Shown: positions 31,822 to 42,613, counted from the stretch's first letter. The stretch is DNA of 51,370 nucleotides from Prevotella sp. (GCA_024692385.1 JAILMS010000102.1:1-51370), one strand, 5' to 3'. The notes: generated by a model not told the origin, from the letters alone. Translations and numbers: made by a program.

Positions 31822-33678
31822 TTAGATACCAAGTTTCTGATTATATTCTTTCAATGTCTCTAGTACATTACAACGGACATGGACGAAGTTCTCGATACCA
31901 GCAGCCTTCAGGTCTTCCATGCAAGCGGGAGCACCGGCGACAACAAACATCGCACGGCCATTCAGATACTTGAAGGCAGGAATAGCATACTCTGCATATT
32001 CGTCATCCGATGAACAAAGTACCACGATATCAGCCTTAGCAGCTAAAGCAGCATCAACGCCCTCCTCTACCGTTTTAAAACCAAGGTTATCCATGACCTT
32101 ATAGCCCGCACAGGCCAAGAAGTTACAAGAGAACTGTGCTCGAGCCTGACGCATAGCCAGATTGCCGATGGTCAGCATGAAAGCTGTTGGCACACGGGTC
32201 TCCTCCGTATGGATACGCAGATCCTCGAAGTCAGCAGCCAGACGGGTGGTCGTAAGCTTTTTGAATGGTGTTTCTTCCTCTTCCTGATGACCTCCACAAC
32301 AGCAACTGCAAGTAGCTGGTTTCTTACCCTCGCTCTTCTCAGTAAAGTTCGGGAACTGGTTGGTACCCAACAGGAACTCCTTACGCTTGGCAGCATCACC
32401 ATGACGTTTCACATTCGTGGCATTGATATCGTCCTGAACAGTACCAGCCTTGATAGCTGCCAGGAAGCCGCCCTCTTCTTCTATACGCAGGAAAATCTTC
32501 CATGCCTCAGTAGCCAGCGCATCTGTGAGGTGCTCAATATAATAAGAACCTGCGCCCGGATCTACAATCTGTCCGAAATGGCTCTCCTCTTTCAGCAGCA
32601 ACTGCTGGTTACGAGCAATACGCTCTGAGAACTCTGTAGGGGCCTCATAAGACACATTAAACGGCGTCACCACCATCGAATGGATACCTGCAAGAGCTGC
32701 ACTCATAGCCTCTGTCTGCGAACGCAGCAGGTTAACATAGCTGTCGAAGAGTGTCTGGTTATACGTAGACGTTGTCGCATTGATAATCATTTTGCAGGCA
32801 CAATCGCATTTCGGCTCATATTGCTTCACGATCTGAGCCCAGAGCAGACGGGCTGCACGGAACTTTGCCAACTCCATGAAATAATTCTCTGAAACGCCCA
32901 TATTGAACTTGATGCTCTTGGCTGCAAGGTCAACATCCACACCTGCATCAACCAACTGCTGCAGGTACTCGTTACCCCAAGCCAAAGCATAACCTAGTTC
33001 CTGTACGATATAGGCACCAGCGTTATTCAATGTATCTGTATTAACCGTGATACAACGGAAATTAGGATAGTCCTTCAGTGTCTCTACGAGCTGCGGTGCC
33101 AAAGAGAGGATCGGCGTAACATCCTTACCCTTCTTCACGATCTTCTCCATGGGGTCCCAATCGATAGAGCCCACCACTTTCTCTTTATCGTAACCTTTCT
33201 TCTCGAAATAGGCAACGAGGAGTTGTGCCAGTTCGAGGGAGTGACGCTTACAGGTATTGAAGTTCACCTCCACGATATCGCAACGGATATCCTTAAGGAG
33301 TGTCTCGACAGTCTCTTCCGACACTATTTTGCCAGGAAGTTTAAACCCCAGCGAGTCGATACCCTTATTCAGGATATCAAGAGCCTTGGCATTTGCTTCC
33401 TTGGGATCTTCGACCTTGATATTCTGACGAACATACCATTCATTCGTGTCCTTCTTATTTCCACGAACAAAAGGAAACTCTCCCGGCAGAGCATCAGGAG
33501 TTTTCAAATTTTTGAGGTCTTCACGGCGATAGAAAGGTTGCACGTTGAAGCCTTCGTTGGTTCTCCATACCAGACGTTTCTGAAAATCGGCTCCTTTCAG
33601 GTCGACCTCAATTTTGTCCAACCACTCTTGAGTAGTAGGGGCAACAAACTCGGTAAAGAGTTTTTCTTTGTTTGCCAT
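31822..33678 (-). CDS. mutA: Methylmalonyl-CoA mutase, small subunit
   Basis: FPFVRG, RIARNQQLLLKEESH, DPGAGSYYIE, LCSSDDEY; lacks DxHxxG; directly upstream of mutB. Confidence 0.95.
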   Translation of the reverse strand: MANKEKLFTEFVAPTTQEWLDKIEVDLKGADFQKRLVWRTNEGFNVQPFYRREDLKNLKTPDALPGEFPFVRGNKKDTNEWYVRQNIKVEDPKEANAKALDILNKGIDSLGFKLPGKIVSEETVETLLKDIRCDIVEVNFNTCKRHSLELAQLLVAYFEKKGYDKEKVVGSIDWDPMEKIVKKGKDVTPILSLAPQLVETLKDYPNFRCITVNTDTLNNAGAYIVQELGYALAWGNEYLQQLVDAGVDVDLAAKSIKFNMGVSENYFMELAKFRAARLLWAQIVKQYEPKCDCACKMIINATTSTYNQTLFDSYVNLLRSQTEAMSAALAGIHSMVVTPFNVSYEAPTEFSERIARNQQLLLKEESHFGQIVDPGAGSYYIEHLTDALATEAWKIFLRIEEEGGFLAAIKAGTVQDDINATNVKRHGDAAKRKEFLLGTNQFPNFTEKSEGKKPATCSCCCGGHQEEEETPFKKLTTTRLAADFEDLRIHTEETRVPTAFMLTIGNLAMRQARAQFSCNFLACAGYKVMDNLGFKTVEEGVDAALAAKADIVVLCSSDDEYAEYAIPAFKYLNGRAMFVVAGAPACMEDLKAAGIENFVHVRCNVLETLKEYNQKLGI

Positions 33679-33723
33679 AGTTTTGAATTTTTTAAAGTTA
33701 TATTTTATAATTCTGTAATTGCT

Positions 33724-36036
33724 TTACATCCACTCAATAATCAGAGGATCACAAAGTGAACGTAATGTCCACTCAGCACGCTCCTCCCACTCGCTCATGG
33801 TACGAACATCATTCTTCGACCATGCCGAACCGAAATAATAGGTATAGGCTTCACCTTTATAATTCTTCTTAATACCCAATGCATGACCGTCATTACCACG
33901 GCTCGACTTCTCAAACAACAGTTTCTTCGTCTCGTCGACACCCTGCGGGAAAAGGGCTCCCACGAAGAGCTGACAGTTATTCACACGAATATTATCAGTG
34001 GGGTCTGCATAGATTACGAACTCATCCTCCATCTTAAGCTGATCCTTCTCACCAGAATGGAGCACGAAACCCGTAGCGAAATCAACTGGTTGGGTAAGTC
34101 CATCATAGCTCACCGTCACCTTATTAAAGTTAGAACCCTTATCGAGCTCAATGACACGATGCTCCACCACAGCGGTATCTCCCTTGATCTTTGATGGATG
34201 ATAGGTCAAGCGTACAGCTGTACGCATAGGACCATTATCCAGTATCTCACATTCCTTAAAACAATAAGGATAGACAATCTGTCCATCAACCATCAGAGCA
34301 GGAGTTCCGCATCCGAGCGTTGGTCCAACAGCATATAAGTCAGATCCACGGCCGTGGTCGTGATGGTATGAGTTCAGACGGTAGAGTGAGTCACCACGCT
34401 GACGGTTCTCTCGACGTAACTTATCGACGGCAGGCATCATCACCACATCCTCAATCCAGAAACGCTGTTCGACAACGAGCTCTGGAGTATTTTTCGACCA
34501 TACATCTGTACCATATGAACGCTCACCGGTACGCTGCAGAGCAGGACCATACACGCGATAGGCTGTGCGGTCATTTTCCCATCCATAGTCATCCTTCCGC
34601 TCTTGGTATACACGGCCATAGCAGACAGTAGCATAGTTCTTCGGCGTTCCCTTACGGAAACGGAAAATCTGTGTACCATGAGGACGCACACCGGCATCGA
34701 GCAGCACCTTACCATTAGAGCTCAACTGATAGGGAATCTCCAGTCCACCCTCATCGAAAACGATGAACTGTCTACCTCCCTGTATACCAAGCTTCTGATA
34801 GAGATCTTTGGCCTCGACCTCGATGACCTGCTGACGGAACTCATTGCTGTTATTCTTCACAGCAAGACGAGTCTCCACATTATTATATAATGTAGAGCCA
34901 TCATCGTAGCGCACTTTCTCACAAGCAGCCAACAGGAAAGCACCGACACCGAAATTTGCCTGAGAGTGTGCATCGACAGTCTTTGTGGGGTCAGGCTTCT
35001 CACCAATAGGCTGTACAAAGCCCACACTGCCATCAGCCTGGAGAGCGGTCTTCGTAAGATAATCCCATGCCTTATTGATAACAGGTTCATACGTAGCACG
35101 GTCTAAAAGGCCATGGTTCACACCCCATAACATACCATAAGTAAAGAAAGCAGTACCAGATGTCTCGGGACCGGGGGCATCTTCTTCGCAGAGCATTGAA
35201 CGACTCCAATATCCACCGGGACGCTGTACGCGGGCAACACCCTGTGCCAGTTCCTGGAAACGTTGCAGGAAGAACGGACGATGTTTATAGTCCGCAGGCA
35301 TATCAGCCAACACCTTTGCCAGTCCGGCAAGTACCCAACCGTCACCACGTGCCCAGAAACTCTTTCCACCATTGCAGGCTGTTTTCACCTTCGGGTAGAT
35401 ATACTTTGCATCACGATAATAGAGTTGCTCCTCTTTATCATACATCAGTTCATCAGCCCACTTGAAGTTCGCATAGAGCTTATCGAGATATTTCACCTCG
35501 CCAGTAGCCTTGTAGAGTTTAGTCATCGTTGGCATGACCATATAAAGGGCGTCTGCCCACCACCAGAAATCAACCTCCGGCGAGCGCACCTCTGTGTCCA
35601 TCACCTCAATGGCACGTTTGATCTTAAAGGGATCCGGATTCAGCTCATAGAGGTCCAGATAAGTCTGAAAACAAATCTGCCAGTCACCGAAGAGCACGAA
35701 ATCGCGTCCTTCACCATAGGTTTTATAACGCCATTTCGAAGGATCCATACCTTGAGCACCCATCCAACGATTATGACGAGCCCAATCCTCACTATAATTC
35801 TTCCAACGAGCCACCTCGAGAAGACGGTAAGCCTCCATATTTCCAGTGTGGTAGGCTGCCTCATCCCAGAATGAACGCACCTGTGGCTTATGGTGCTGCT
35901 GCCAATAGTCATTTACTTTCGTAATTATCTCTATTGTAGTAAGTTTTGGCTGAGGAGCCTGACGTTTTTTCTTTCGGGCATCCGATGGCATCATCACGAT
36001 GAACAGAGAAAGTAGTAACAGTGATAGTTTTTTCAT
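33724..36036 (-). CDS. GH105/GH88-type unsaturated uronyl hydrolase fused to a DUF4861-like domain
   Basis: WWWADALYM, FWARGDGW, ETSGTAFFTY, GAFLLA; C-terminal ERKDDYGWEND..AYRVYG...YFGSAWSK. Confidence 0.85.
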   Translation of the reverse strand: MKKLSLLLLSLFIVMMPSDARKKKRQAPQPKLTTIEIITKVNDYWQQHHKPQVRSFWDEAAYHTGNMEAYRLLEVARWKNYSEDWARHNRWMGAQGMDPSKWRYKTYGEGRDFVLFGDWQICFQTYLDLYELNPDPFKIKRAIEVMDTEVRSPEVDFWWWADALYMVMPTMTKLYKATGEVKYLDKLYANFKWADELMYDKEEQLYYRDAKYIYPKVKTACNGGKSFWARGDGWVLAGLAKVLADMPADYKHRPFFLQRFQELAQGVARVQRPGGYWSRSMLCEEDAPGPETSGTAFFTYGMLWGVNHGLLDRATYEPVINKAWDYLTKTALQADGSVGFVQPIGEKPDPTKTVDAHSQANFGVGAFLLAACEKVRYDDGSTLYNNVETRLAVKNNSNEFRQQVIEVEAKDLYQKLGIQGGRQFIVFDEGGLEIPYQLSSNGKVLLDAGVRPHGTQIFRFRKGTPKNYATVCYGRVYQERKDDYGWENDRTAYRVYGPALQRTGERSYGTDVWSKNTPELVVEQRFWIEDVVMMPAVDKLRRENRQRGDSLYRLNSYHHDHGRGSDLYAVGPTLGCGTPALMVDGQIVYPYCFKECEILDNGPMRTAVRLTYHPSKIKGDTAVVEHRVIELDKGSNFNKVTVSYDGLTQPVDFATGFVLHSGEKDQLKMEDEFVIYADPTDNIRVNNCQLFVGALFPQGVDETKKLLFEKSSRGNDGHALGIKKNYKGEAYTYYFGSAWSKNDVRTMSEWEERAEWTLRSLCDPLIIEWM

Positions 36037-36088
36037 TAGTCGTTTATTTATAATTAGTATTGGATTATGTCTTGAAATTCAGCACCTC

Positions 36089-38386
36089 TTATTTCAGGTG
36101 CTCATCGAAAAAGTCAATGCACTGACGGAACAGATGGTTACGTGTATTTCCGCCAAAGATGCTATGATTACGATTAGTATACACCAACTGACGGAAGTCC
36201 TTATCTGCTTGTACTAATGCTTCCACATACTCAGCCGTGTTCTGATAGTGCACATTATCGTCTGCCATACCATGACAGAGCAAGAGTGCTCCATGAAGTT
36301 TAGGAGCACGGACGATGGGGTTCACCTCATCGTAACCAGATGGATTCTCCTTCGGTGTGCGCATGAACCGTTCGGTATAGACAGTATCATAGTAACGCCA
36401 ACAGGTAGGAGGTGCTATAGCCACACCAGCACAGAACACTTCCCTACCCTCGCTCATCGACATCAGCGTATTCCAACCACCATAGGACCAACCCCAGATA
36501 GCGATATGTTTCGCATCGACAAAACTCTGCTTACCCAGCCAAAGAGCTGTCTCCACCTGATCGCGAGCCTCCAACTCTCCCAGACGCAGATAAGTGCACT
36601 TCTCAAATGCTGCGCCTCGGCCGCCTGTACCACGATTATCTACGCAGACAACGACATAACCTCGTTGTGCAAGATACTGTTCGAGAATAGCTCCCTGTCC
36701 ACTCATTCCAACATTCCATTTATTGCAAACCTGCTGGTTACCAGGACCACCATATTGAAACATCACGACGGGATATTTCTTGTTAGGATTGAAGTCGGCA
36801 GGCTTCACCATCCATCCACAAAGTTTCACATTCTCTGAAGTTGTAAAGGCAAATAGCTCTTTACCTCCCATGCTATAGGATGTGTATTTCTCAACAAGTT
36901 TCTTGTTATCGATAAGGGTCTCTAAGGTCTTGCCCTTGTTGTCACAGAGCGTATAAGTCATAGGATGATTCAAGTCGCTCCAATTGCAAATAAACTTCTT
37001 GAAGTCAGAAGAAAAAACAGCCGAGTTCCACCCTGCCTTCGGAGTCAGACAATCCACTTTTCCATTCTTATGAGAAACGTATACCCTCTGATCGGTAGGT
37101 CCTTCATTGAGTGCTGCAAAATAGAGGTCACCAGAAGCCTCATCATAGCCATAGACAGTTGTAACAATAGTATGTCCCTCGCCCCCTGGTCTTTCTCCTT
37201 GGAGAACATCGCCAATGGTACGTTGCAACTGTCCATTAAGGCCGTAGAGATAGATATGATTATAGCCATCACGTTCACTGGTTAGCACCAAATGATCTTT
37301 TGTAAGCTCTACATTAGCGAAAACATTCTCATTAATATACTTCTCCACCTGATCCTCAATAATCATCTGGCACACCGTGCTCAACGGGTTAGCCATATAG
37401 ATACGCAGGCAATCCTGATGACGGTTCAGTGTGAAGATCGCAATCTTCGAAGGGTCACTCGTTGCCTTGATACGGGGAATATAACCATCGGTATCCAGAG
37501 GCACCTGAATGGTACGTGTCTGATGACTCTTAATGTCATAACTCAACACGCTGACCTTAGAGTTCTCTTCTCCTGCCTTCGGGTATTTATACGAATAAGT
37601 TCCTGGATAGATAGTATTGTCGTCTAGGGCAGGATTCATACCTTTGAACATCGGGATGCTGTACTCCCTCACCATCGACTCATCATAACGTATCCATACA
37701 ATCTGGCGAGAGTCTGCAGTGAAAACCATCGATGAGTTAAACGAGAACTCCTCCTCATTCACCCAGTCTGGCAGACCATTGATTACCTCATTGAATTTAC
37801 CATCCTTCGTCACCTGACTCTCTGCGTTATCATAAAGCAGTTTTACCAGATGGATATTATTATCGCGAACAAAAGCGATCTGATAGCCGTCAGGACTCCA
37901 TATCGGAGTCTGCTGTGCACCCTTTTCACTCAACGGCACCAACTTATTATTACCGATGTTGTAAATATAATAAGTTGCCTTGAAAGAACGGCGATAGATA
38001 GGCTGCGTCTTTGTTTGGATGAGAATATTCTTACCATCAGGACTCATGATATACCCCTCAACCTTCTCTATTTTCTCCCCACGAGCAGTTGCCACATCAA
38101 AAATCACACCTGTTTCCTTACCGTTACGGAAGGAATATTTTACGATCTTCTTGCCATCAGAGGAGATGCAGGCATACGACTCCTTGTCAGATAACGGTGT
38201 GACAGCCGACATCTGTTCACCACGAAAGTCGCCACGGGTTATTTCCTTCAAGTTTAACTCTTGTCCTGCCATCATTGCCATTGGGGAACATAACAATATA
38301 AGGCAGAGCGATAGTCCTGCCTTCTGAATCTGAGAAAACGAAAAATAAACATTAAAAGACGCTATTTGCCTCTTGAAAAAATTCAT
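36089..38386 (-). CDS. Dipeptidyl peptidase IV (S9B)
   Basis: DWVNEEE, YPKAG, GWSYGG (Ser), DDNVH (Asp), NHSI (His). Start codon uncertain. Confidence 0.94.
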   Translation of the reverse strand: MNFFKRQIASFNVYFSFSQIQKAGLSLCLILLCSPMAMMAGQELNLKEITRGDFRGEQMSAVTPLSDKESYACISSDGKKIVKYSFRNGKETGVIFDVATARGEKIEKVEGYIMSPDGKNILIQTKTQPIYRRSFKATYYIYNIGNNKLVPLSEKGAQQTPIWSPDGYQIAFVRDNNIHLVKLLYDNAESQVTKDGKFNEVINGLPDWVNEEEFSFNSSMVFTADSRQIVWIRYDESMVREYSIPMFKGMNPALDDNTIYPGTYSYKYPKAGEENSKVSVLSYDIKSHQTRTIQVPLDTDGYIPRIKATSDPSKIAIFTLNRHQDCLRIYMANPLSTVCQMIIEDQVEKYINENVFANVELTKDHLVLTSERDGYNHIYLYGLNGQLQRTIGDVLQGERPGGEGHTIVTTVYGYDEASGDLYFAALNEGPTDQRVYVSHKNGKVDCLTPKAGWNSAVFSSDFKKFICNWSDLNHPMTYTLCDNKGKTLETLIDNKKLVEKYTSYSMGGKELFAFTTSENVKLCGWMVKPADFNPNKKYPVVMFQYGGPGNQQVCNKWNVGMSGQGAILEQYLAQRGYVVVCVDNRGTGGRGAAFEKCTYLRLGELEARDQVETALWLGKQSFVDAKHIAIWGWSYGGWNTLMSMSEGREVFCAGVAIAPPTCWRYYDTVYTERFMRTPKENPSGYDEVNPIVRAPKLHGALLLCHGMADDNVHYQNTAEYVEALVQADKDFRQLVYTNRNHSIFGGNTRNHLFRQCIDFFDEHLK

Positions 38387-38425
38387 ATGTCCAAACTATT
38401 TATTTTAGATTTAGCATTTTGTTTG

Positions 38426-38433
38426 CAAATGTA
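38426..38433 (-). promoter_or_regulatory. -7 box for the DPP IV gene cluster
   Basis: Minus strand TACATTTGCA. Confidence 0.6.
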
Positions 38434-38544
38434 AAAAAAAAAGGTGGCAACACCAAATTTTTTAGTTTTCTTTTTCCATAAAGAACGCAAAAGCTAAAAA
38501 GAATGTGAACGACCTTTTCAGTATAAATATCAGAATTTACATAT

Positions 38545-38595
38545 AACAGAAAGACTTCAAGGATGCCTGAGCATACCCAGGCCACCCTTGAAGTC
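38545..38595 (-). terminator. Long hairpin, probable terminator after ridA
   Basis: Minus strand gacttcaagggtg-gcctggg-tatg-ctcaggc-atccttgaagtc-tttctgtt. Confidence 0.7.
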
Positions 38596-38626
38596 GGCGT
38601 AATATCTGTTTTAAGACGTATAGGAA

Positions 38627-39007
38627 TTATTCTGCCTCAGCAATAACTTCTATCTCAACGAGAGCATTTTTAGGAAGAGTCTTTACCGCGACGGCAGAAC
38701 GTGCGGGAAAGGGTTCGCAGAAGAACTCTGCATAAACGCTGTTCATAGCTGCAAAATCATTCATATCAGCCATGAATACAGTGGTTTTTATAACCTTTTC
38801 CATACTAGTTCCAGCTTCTTCAAGAATGGCCTTTATATTCTTCAGAGACTGACGAGTCTGCTCTTTGATGCCTCCCTCTGGAAACATCCCTGTTGCAGAA
38901 TTGACTGGCAGTTGACCTGAGGTATAAACGAAACCGCCGACCTGAATAGCCTGACTGTAAGGTCCGATGGCTGACGGTGCTTTTGGAGTAGTGATAACTT
39001 TCTTCAT
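38627..39007 (-). CDS. ridA: RidA family reactive intermediate deaminase
   Basis: APSAIGPYSQA, SGQLP, PARSAVAVKTLP, VEIE. Start set at ATG 39007. Confidence 0.95.
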   Translation of the reverse strand: MKKVITTPKAPSAIGPYSQAIQVGGFVYTSGQLPVNSATGMFPEGGIKEQTRQSLKNIKAILEEAGTSMEKVIKTTVFMADMNDFAAMNSVYAEFFCEPFPARSAVAVKTLPKNALVEIEVIAEAE

Positions 39008-39048
39008 GTCTTTCTGTTTTATTAATGGAATACGTTGTTTATACATCT

Positions 39049-39081
39049 AAAAAGGCTCGTTTCCAATGGAGACGAGCCTTT
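39049..39081 (-). terminator. Intrinsic terminator after the ppiD-like gene
   Basis: aaaggctcgtttcca/tggagacgagccttt inverted repeat with flanking A/T runs. Confidence 0.75.
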
Positions 39082-39102
39082 ATTTCTTGGTTTTTATCTC
39101 AC

Positions 39103-41241
39103 TTAGAAGAATATATAACGATTGTCTATCACTTTGGCATTCTGATAGAGCTCATTCATAAAGCGGCTAGCAGCCTGAAGGTTACGCTGCTTAAGGGTCT
39201 GTTCCTGATTTTTTGCATCAAACTTAGCACCCTCACGATCTTTCTTATCGAGAACCTGGAAGAGATATGCTCCACGATTACCTTTTACCAGCTTCTTGCT
39301 GAAAGCACCCTTCTCTGTGGCGGCTACAGCACCATTAAGTGCAGGCTCACTGGCATTAGTAAGCTGTACATAGACAGGAGCAGAGAAAGTGATCTGTGAA
39401 ACCGTATCCACTTTAGCTCCCATTCCCTTTGCCTCATCTATACTCTTTGCTGCAGCATACTTAGCAGCGATAGCTTCAAATTTCTTATCGCTCATCACCT
39501 CCTGAGTGAGTTCTTCTTTCAGACTCTCCATATCACGGTATCCCACAGGATGAACCTTTGTCAGTGCGACAACAAGTAGGTTATCATTATTTCCGCACTC
39601 ATAAAGAGGAGAAATTTCTTTCTCGTTTGCATCAAAGATCCACTTCATAGCATCGCGAGTACCGCGAACACCGGCAATATTATGCTCATAGCTGGCCACA
39701 TCGGCACGATCAAGGACACGGAAGCCGAACTTCGAAGCGTTCTGCTCAAGAGCTTCGATAGTGGTACTCTCACTGACATACTGGCTAAAATCATTATATG
39801 CCTTTGAGTAGGTCTCCTTAGAGAAGTCGATGGTATGCTTTACAATAGCTACATCATACTTATCTACCATTGCCTTACGGGTAGTTACCTGCAGGATGAT
39901 ATTGGCCTGTGAGAGTTCAAGATTCTTCAGTTCATTGACTCCAAGCGTATTGATAGTTGAGATCAGTGTCTTTGAATCTGCATCAATAACAGGTGAAGAT
40001 TGATACTGCTCAGATGTGAGCCACATCTTCGAGCCGTTCTGTCCATATTTGGCTGCGATAGAATCAAAGACCGCCCCACCCTTCAATGCCTGATAGATAC
40101 TGTCGGCAGTAGCACGGGCTGCTTCGATAGTAGCACCACCTACTGAAATCATACGATATTCAACAGAGTCGGGCATCTGACTCTTTGACAACAGTTTCAC
40201 TACGTTAAGAGTATTATCAGAACGAGTCTCGAAGACCATTGAGGTCTGGCCTACAGCCATAGAATCGACCTTTGCTGCAATATCAGTGGGCAGAGCAGCA
40301 CGGGTAACAGCCATGCCAGTGTAAGCTACCTGCGACTGTGCCTTACGGATGACCTGCTCAGTAGCCACACCGTCCTGCAGACTCTTCTGAGCCTCCTGCA
40401 TAGTTGCCATCAGGGCAGCACGGTCTGCGTCGGAAGGCAACACCTGGAATGAAACGTACTTAATATCACGGGTCTCCACCTCCTGCTTGTACATCTCTTT
40501 CTGCTCGTTGTATTTAGCTTTCAGATCAGCATCTTCTACCTTCACATCATTATCGTTGATATCCGTGTAGGGCATTGCTGCAAGAACAATGCTGCTCTCT
40601 TGAGTCTGATCATTATAAGCAGCCTCTGCTGACACAGGGTTCGACAACAGACAACCAGCCAACAGATTCTGATATTTCATGACCAACGTCTGGTTACGCA
40701 GGTATTTCTCCATGTATCTCCAGTAAGAATAGATAGCTTTATAATTGTCAGGAATCTGTGAACCCTGGCTCTGAAGACTATTATATTCATTCAAGAACTT
40801 TGATAGGATAGTAACATCAAAACGCTGTGTCTGCTGATTCACGAAAGGTGTGTTACGCAGAATGGGGTTAGTCCCCATCTTCAGCAAATCCTGCATCTCC
40901 TCATCGGTAACCGTAAGACCGATCTTCTCGCACTCTTTAGCGATAATCGTGTTCTGAACATACTCGTTCCACACCTGGTCCTTAATCTGGTTCAACTCCT
41001 CCTCAGAGAAATTGTCACGTCCCTGTGTGAACTTCAATACTTCCTGATACTCTTCTACAAGAGCCTGGAAGTCCTGAACAGAGATTTTCTCACCTAACAC
41101 GATACCTACTTGCTGACGCTGCTCATTGCTCGTTGCCTGACAAGAGCGGAACAATTCCTCAGCAATAAAGGCAAACAGGGCCAATCCAATCACCAACACA
41201 AGTGTGGGACCCCAGCTTCTAATTTTTCCAATTGCTGCCAT
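39103..41241 (-). CDS. ppiD: PpiD/SurA-N-domain periplasmic chaperone (peptidylprolyl isomerase-like)
   Basis: MAAIGKIR + TM anchor (IGLALFAFI); SurA-N-like region; rotamase-like ADSIYQALKGGAVFDSIAAKY; C-terminal DNRYIFF. Confidence 0.85.
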   Translation of the reverse strand: MAAIGKIRSWGPTLVLVIGLALFAFIAEELFRSCQATSNEQRQQVGIVLGEKISVQDFQALVEEYQEVLKFTQGRDNFSEEELNQIKDQVWNEYVQNTIIAKECEKIGLTVTDEEMQDLLKMGTNPILRNTPFVNQQTQRFDVTILSKFLNEYNSLQSQGSQIPDNYKAIYSYWRYMEKYLRNQTLVMKYQNLLAGCLLSNPVSAEAAYNDQTQESSIVLAAMPYTDINDNDVKVEDADLKAKYNEQKEMYKQEVETRDIKYVSFQVLPSDADRAALMATMQEAQKSLQDGVATEQVIRKAQSQVAYTGMAVTRAALPTDIAAKVDSMAVGQTSMVFETRSDNTLNVVKLLSKSQMPDSVEYRMISVGGATIEAARATADSIYQALKGGAVFDSIAAKYGQNGSKMWLTSEQYQSSPVIDADSKTLISTINTLGVNELKNLELSQANIILQVTTRKAMVDKYDVAIVKHTIDFSKETYSKAYNDFSQYVSESTTIEALEQNASKFGFRVLDRADVASYEHNIAGVRGTRDAMKWIFDANEKEISPLYECGNNDNLLVVALTKVHPVGYRDMESLKEELTQEVMSDKKFEAIAAKYAAAKSIDEAKGMGAKVDTVSQITFSAPVYVQLTNASEPALNGAVAATEKGAFSKKLVKGNRGAYLFQVLDKKDREGAKFDAKNQEQTLKQRNLQAASRFMNELYQNAKVIDNRYIFF

Positions 41242-41291
41242 TTTTTGCTTTTTATTTTTAGTTTTTATTCTTAGATTTCAAATTCAGCCGA

Positions 41292-41299
41292 CAAAATTA
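41292..41299 (-). promoter_or_regulatory. -7 box for the ppiD-like gene
   Basis: Minus strand TAATTTTG. Confidence 0.55.
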
Positions 41300-41343
41300 C
41301 TAATTTAAAGTGAATAATCTGCATTTTTTTTCGAAAAATTACC

Positions 41344-42603
41344 TTATTCACTGACTTTTAGTCGGACCAATTCAATTTTTGTTGCTGTATTTTTCACTAT
41401 TTTGAACTCGAAAGAGTCTATTTTAACCACCTCGTTGAGTTTGGGGAAACTTTGATAAGCATGCAGAATAAGACCACCGACGGTCATGTATTCATCATTT
41501 TCAGGTAAGTTGAGATCAAAAAGTTCGTTAACCTTCTCTATCTCCAAACGTGCAGAGAGGAGATACTCACCATTCTCCAATTTTTTGGCCACATAATTGG
41601 TCGAGTCATGTTCGTCTTCTATATCTCCGAATATCTCCTCCACGATATCCTCCAAGGCGATGAGTCCGCTCGTGCCACCGAACTCATCTACCACGACGCC
41701 GAGTGTCTTCTTCTGTGCCAAAAACATTTGCATCATCTTACTTGCCGCCATGGTCTCTGGCGCAAAGATCATCGTACGAAGATTCTGCTTCCAATCCGTT
41801 GGATTACGGAACATCTCCGAAGAATGGATATAGCCCACAATATGGTCGATATCTTCATGATAAACGACAATCTTAGAGTGTCCACTCTCTATGAAAAGTT
41901 GCTTCAGCTGTTCAATATCACAGGTATCTTCGACAGCATCGATCTCCGTTCTGGGAACCATACAGTCGCGCACTTTCGTATCACCGAAGTCAAGGGCATT
42001 CTGGAAGATACGCACCTCTTCCTCTATCTCTTCATCATCTTCAGCATTATCGATACTCGACTGTACCAGATAATCGAGGTCCACACGTGTAAATTCCTTA
42101 TCCTCAACTTCTTTATTCATTTTCACGCCGAAAATTCGCAGCATACCTTTTGACAAGAGGGCTGCAAATTTAGAGATAGGAAACAGAATAACATAACAGA
42201 CCCATGCAGGAATAGCAAAGACTGTCAGCATGGTGTTTGGATTACTCTTGAAAATCGTCTTTGGCAGGAACTCACCTGTAAACAGGACCACGAGTGTAGA
42301 GAGGAGGGTGTCTGCCGTAACACGTGCTGCACCTTCGGGCAACGATGCGAAGAGAGTGGCATCGAAGATCTGTGCAAACAGTATTCCGTAGATAACCAAT
42401 GCGATGTTATTGCCTACCAACATAGTAGACACGAAATTGTTTGGATGCTGATAAAATAAAGCGATGGCACGTTGAGCCAACCCATTTTTTTCACGGTCCA
42501 TCTCAGCACGGAGTCGATTACTAGACACGAAAGCTATTTCCATGCCAGAGAAGAAAGCTGAGAAAAGCATTGAAATCAGTAAGCCTATGATGGGTGCTGT
42601 CAT
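41344..42603 (-). CDS. HlyC/CorC (CNNM) family transporter with CBS domains
   Basis: SAFFSGMEIAF, GEFLPK, MVPR, VVDEFGGTSG, EDIVEEIFGDIEDEHD. Confidence 0.93.
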   Translation of the reverse strand: MTAPIIGLLISMLFSAFFSGMEIAFVSSNRLRAEMDREKNGLAQRAIALFYQHPNNFVSTMLVGNNIALVIYGILFAQIFDATLFASLPEGAARVTADTLLSTLVVLFTGEFLPKTIFKSNPNTMLTVFAIPAWVCYVILFPISKFAALLSKGMLRIFGVKMNKEVEDKEFTRVDLDYLVQSSIDNAEDDEEIEEEVRIFQNALDFGDTKVRDCMVPRTEIDAVEDTCDIEQLKQLFIESGHSKIVVYHEDIDHIVGYIHSSEMFRNPTDWKQNLRTMIFAPETMAASKMMQMFLAQKKTLGVVVDEFGGTSGLIALEDIVEEIFGDIEDEHDSTNYVAKKLENGEYLLSARLEIEKVNELFDLNLPENDEYMTVGGLILHAYQSFPKLNEVVKIDSFEFKIVKNTATKIELVRLKVSE

Positions 42604-42613
42604 TTTGTATTAA

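Noticed and set aside
32255-32330. Cys/Glu-rich linker (ATCSCCCGGHQEEEE) in MutA
   Set aside because: A variable low-complexity linker of this kind is common in Bacteroidales small subunits as far as I know; no evidence for a separate function.
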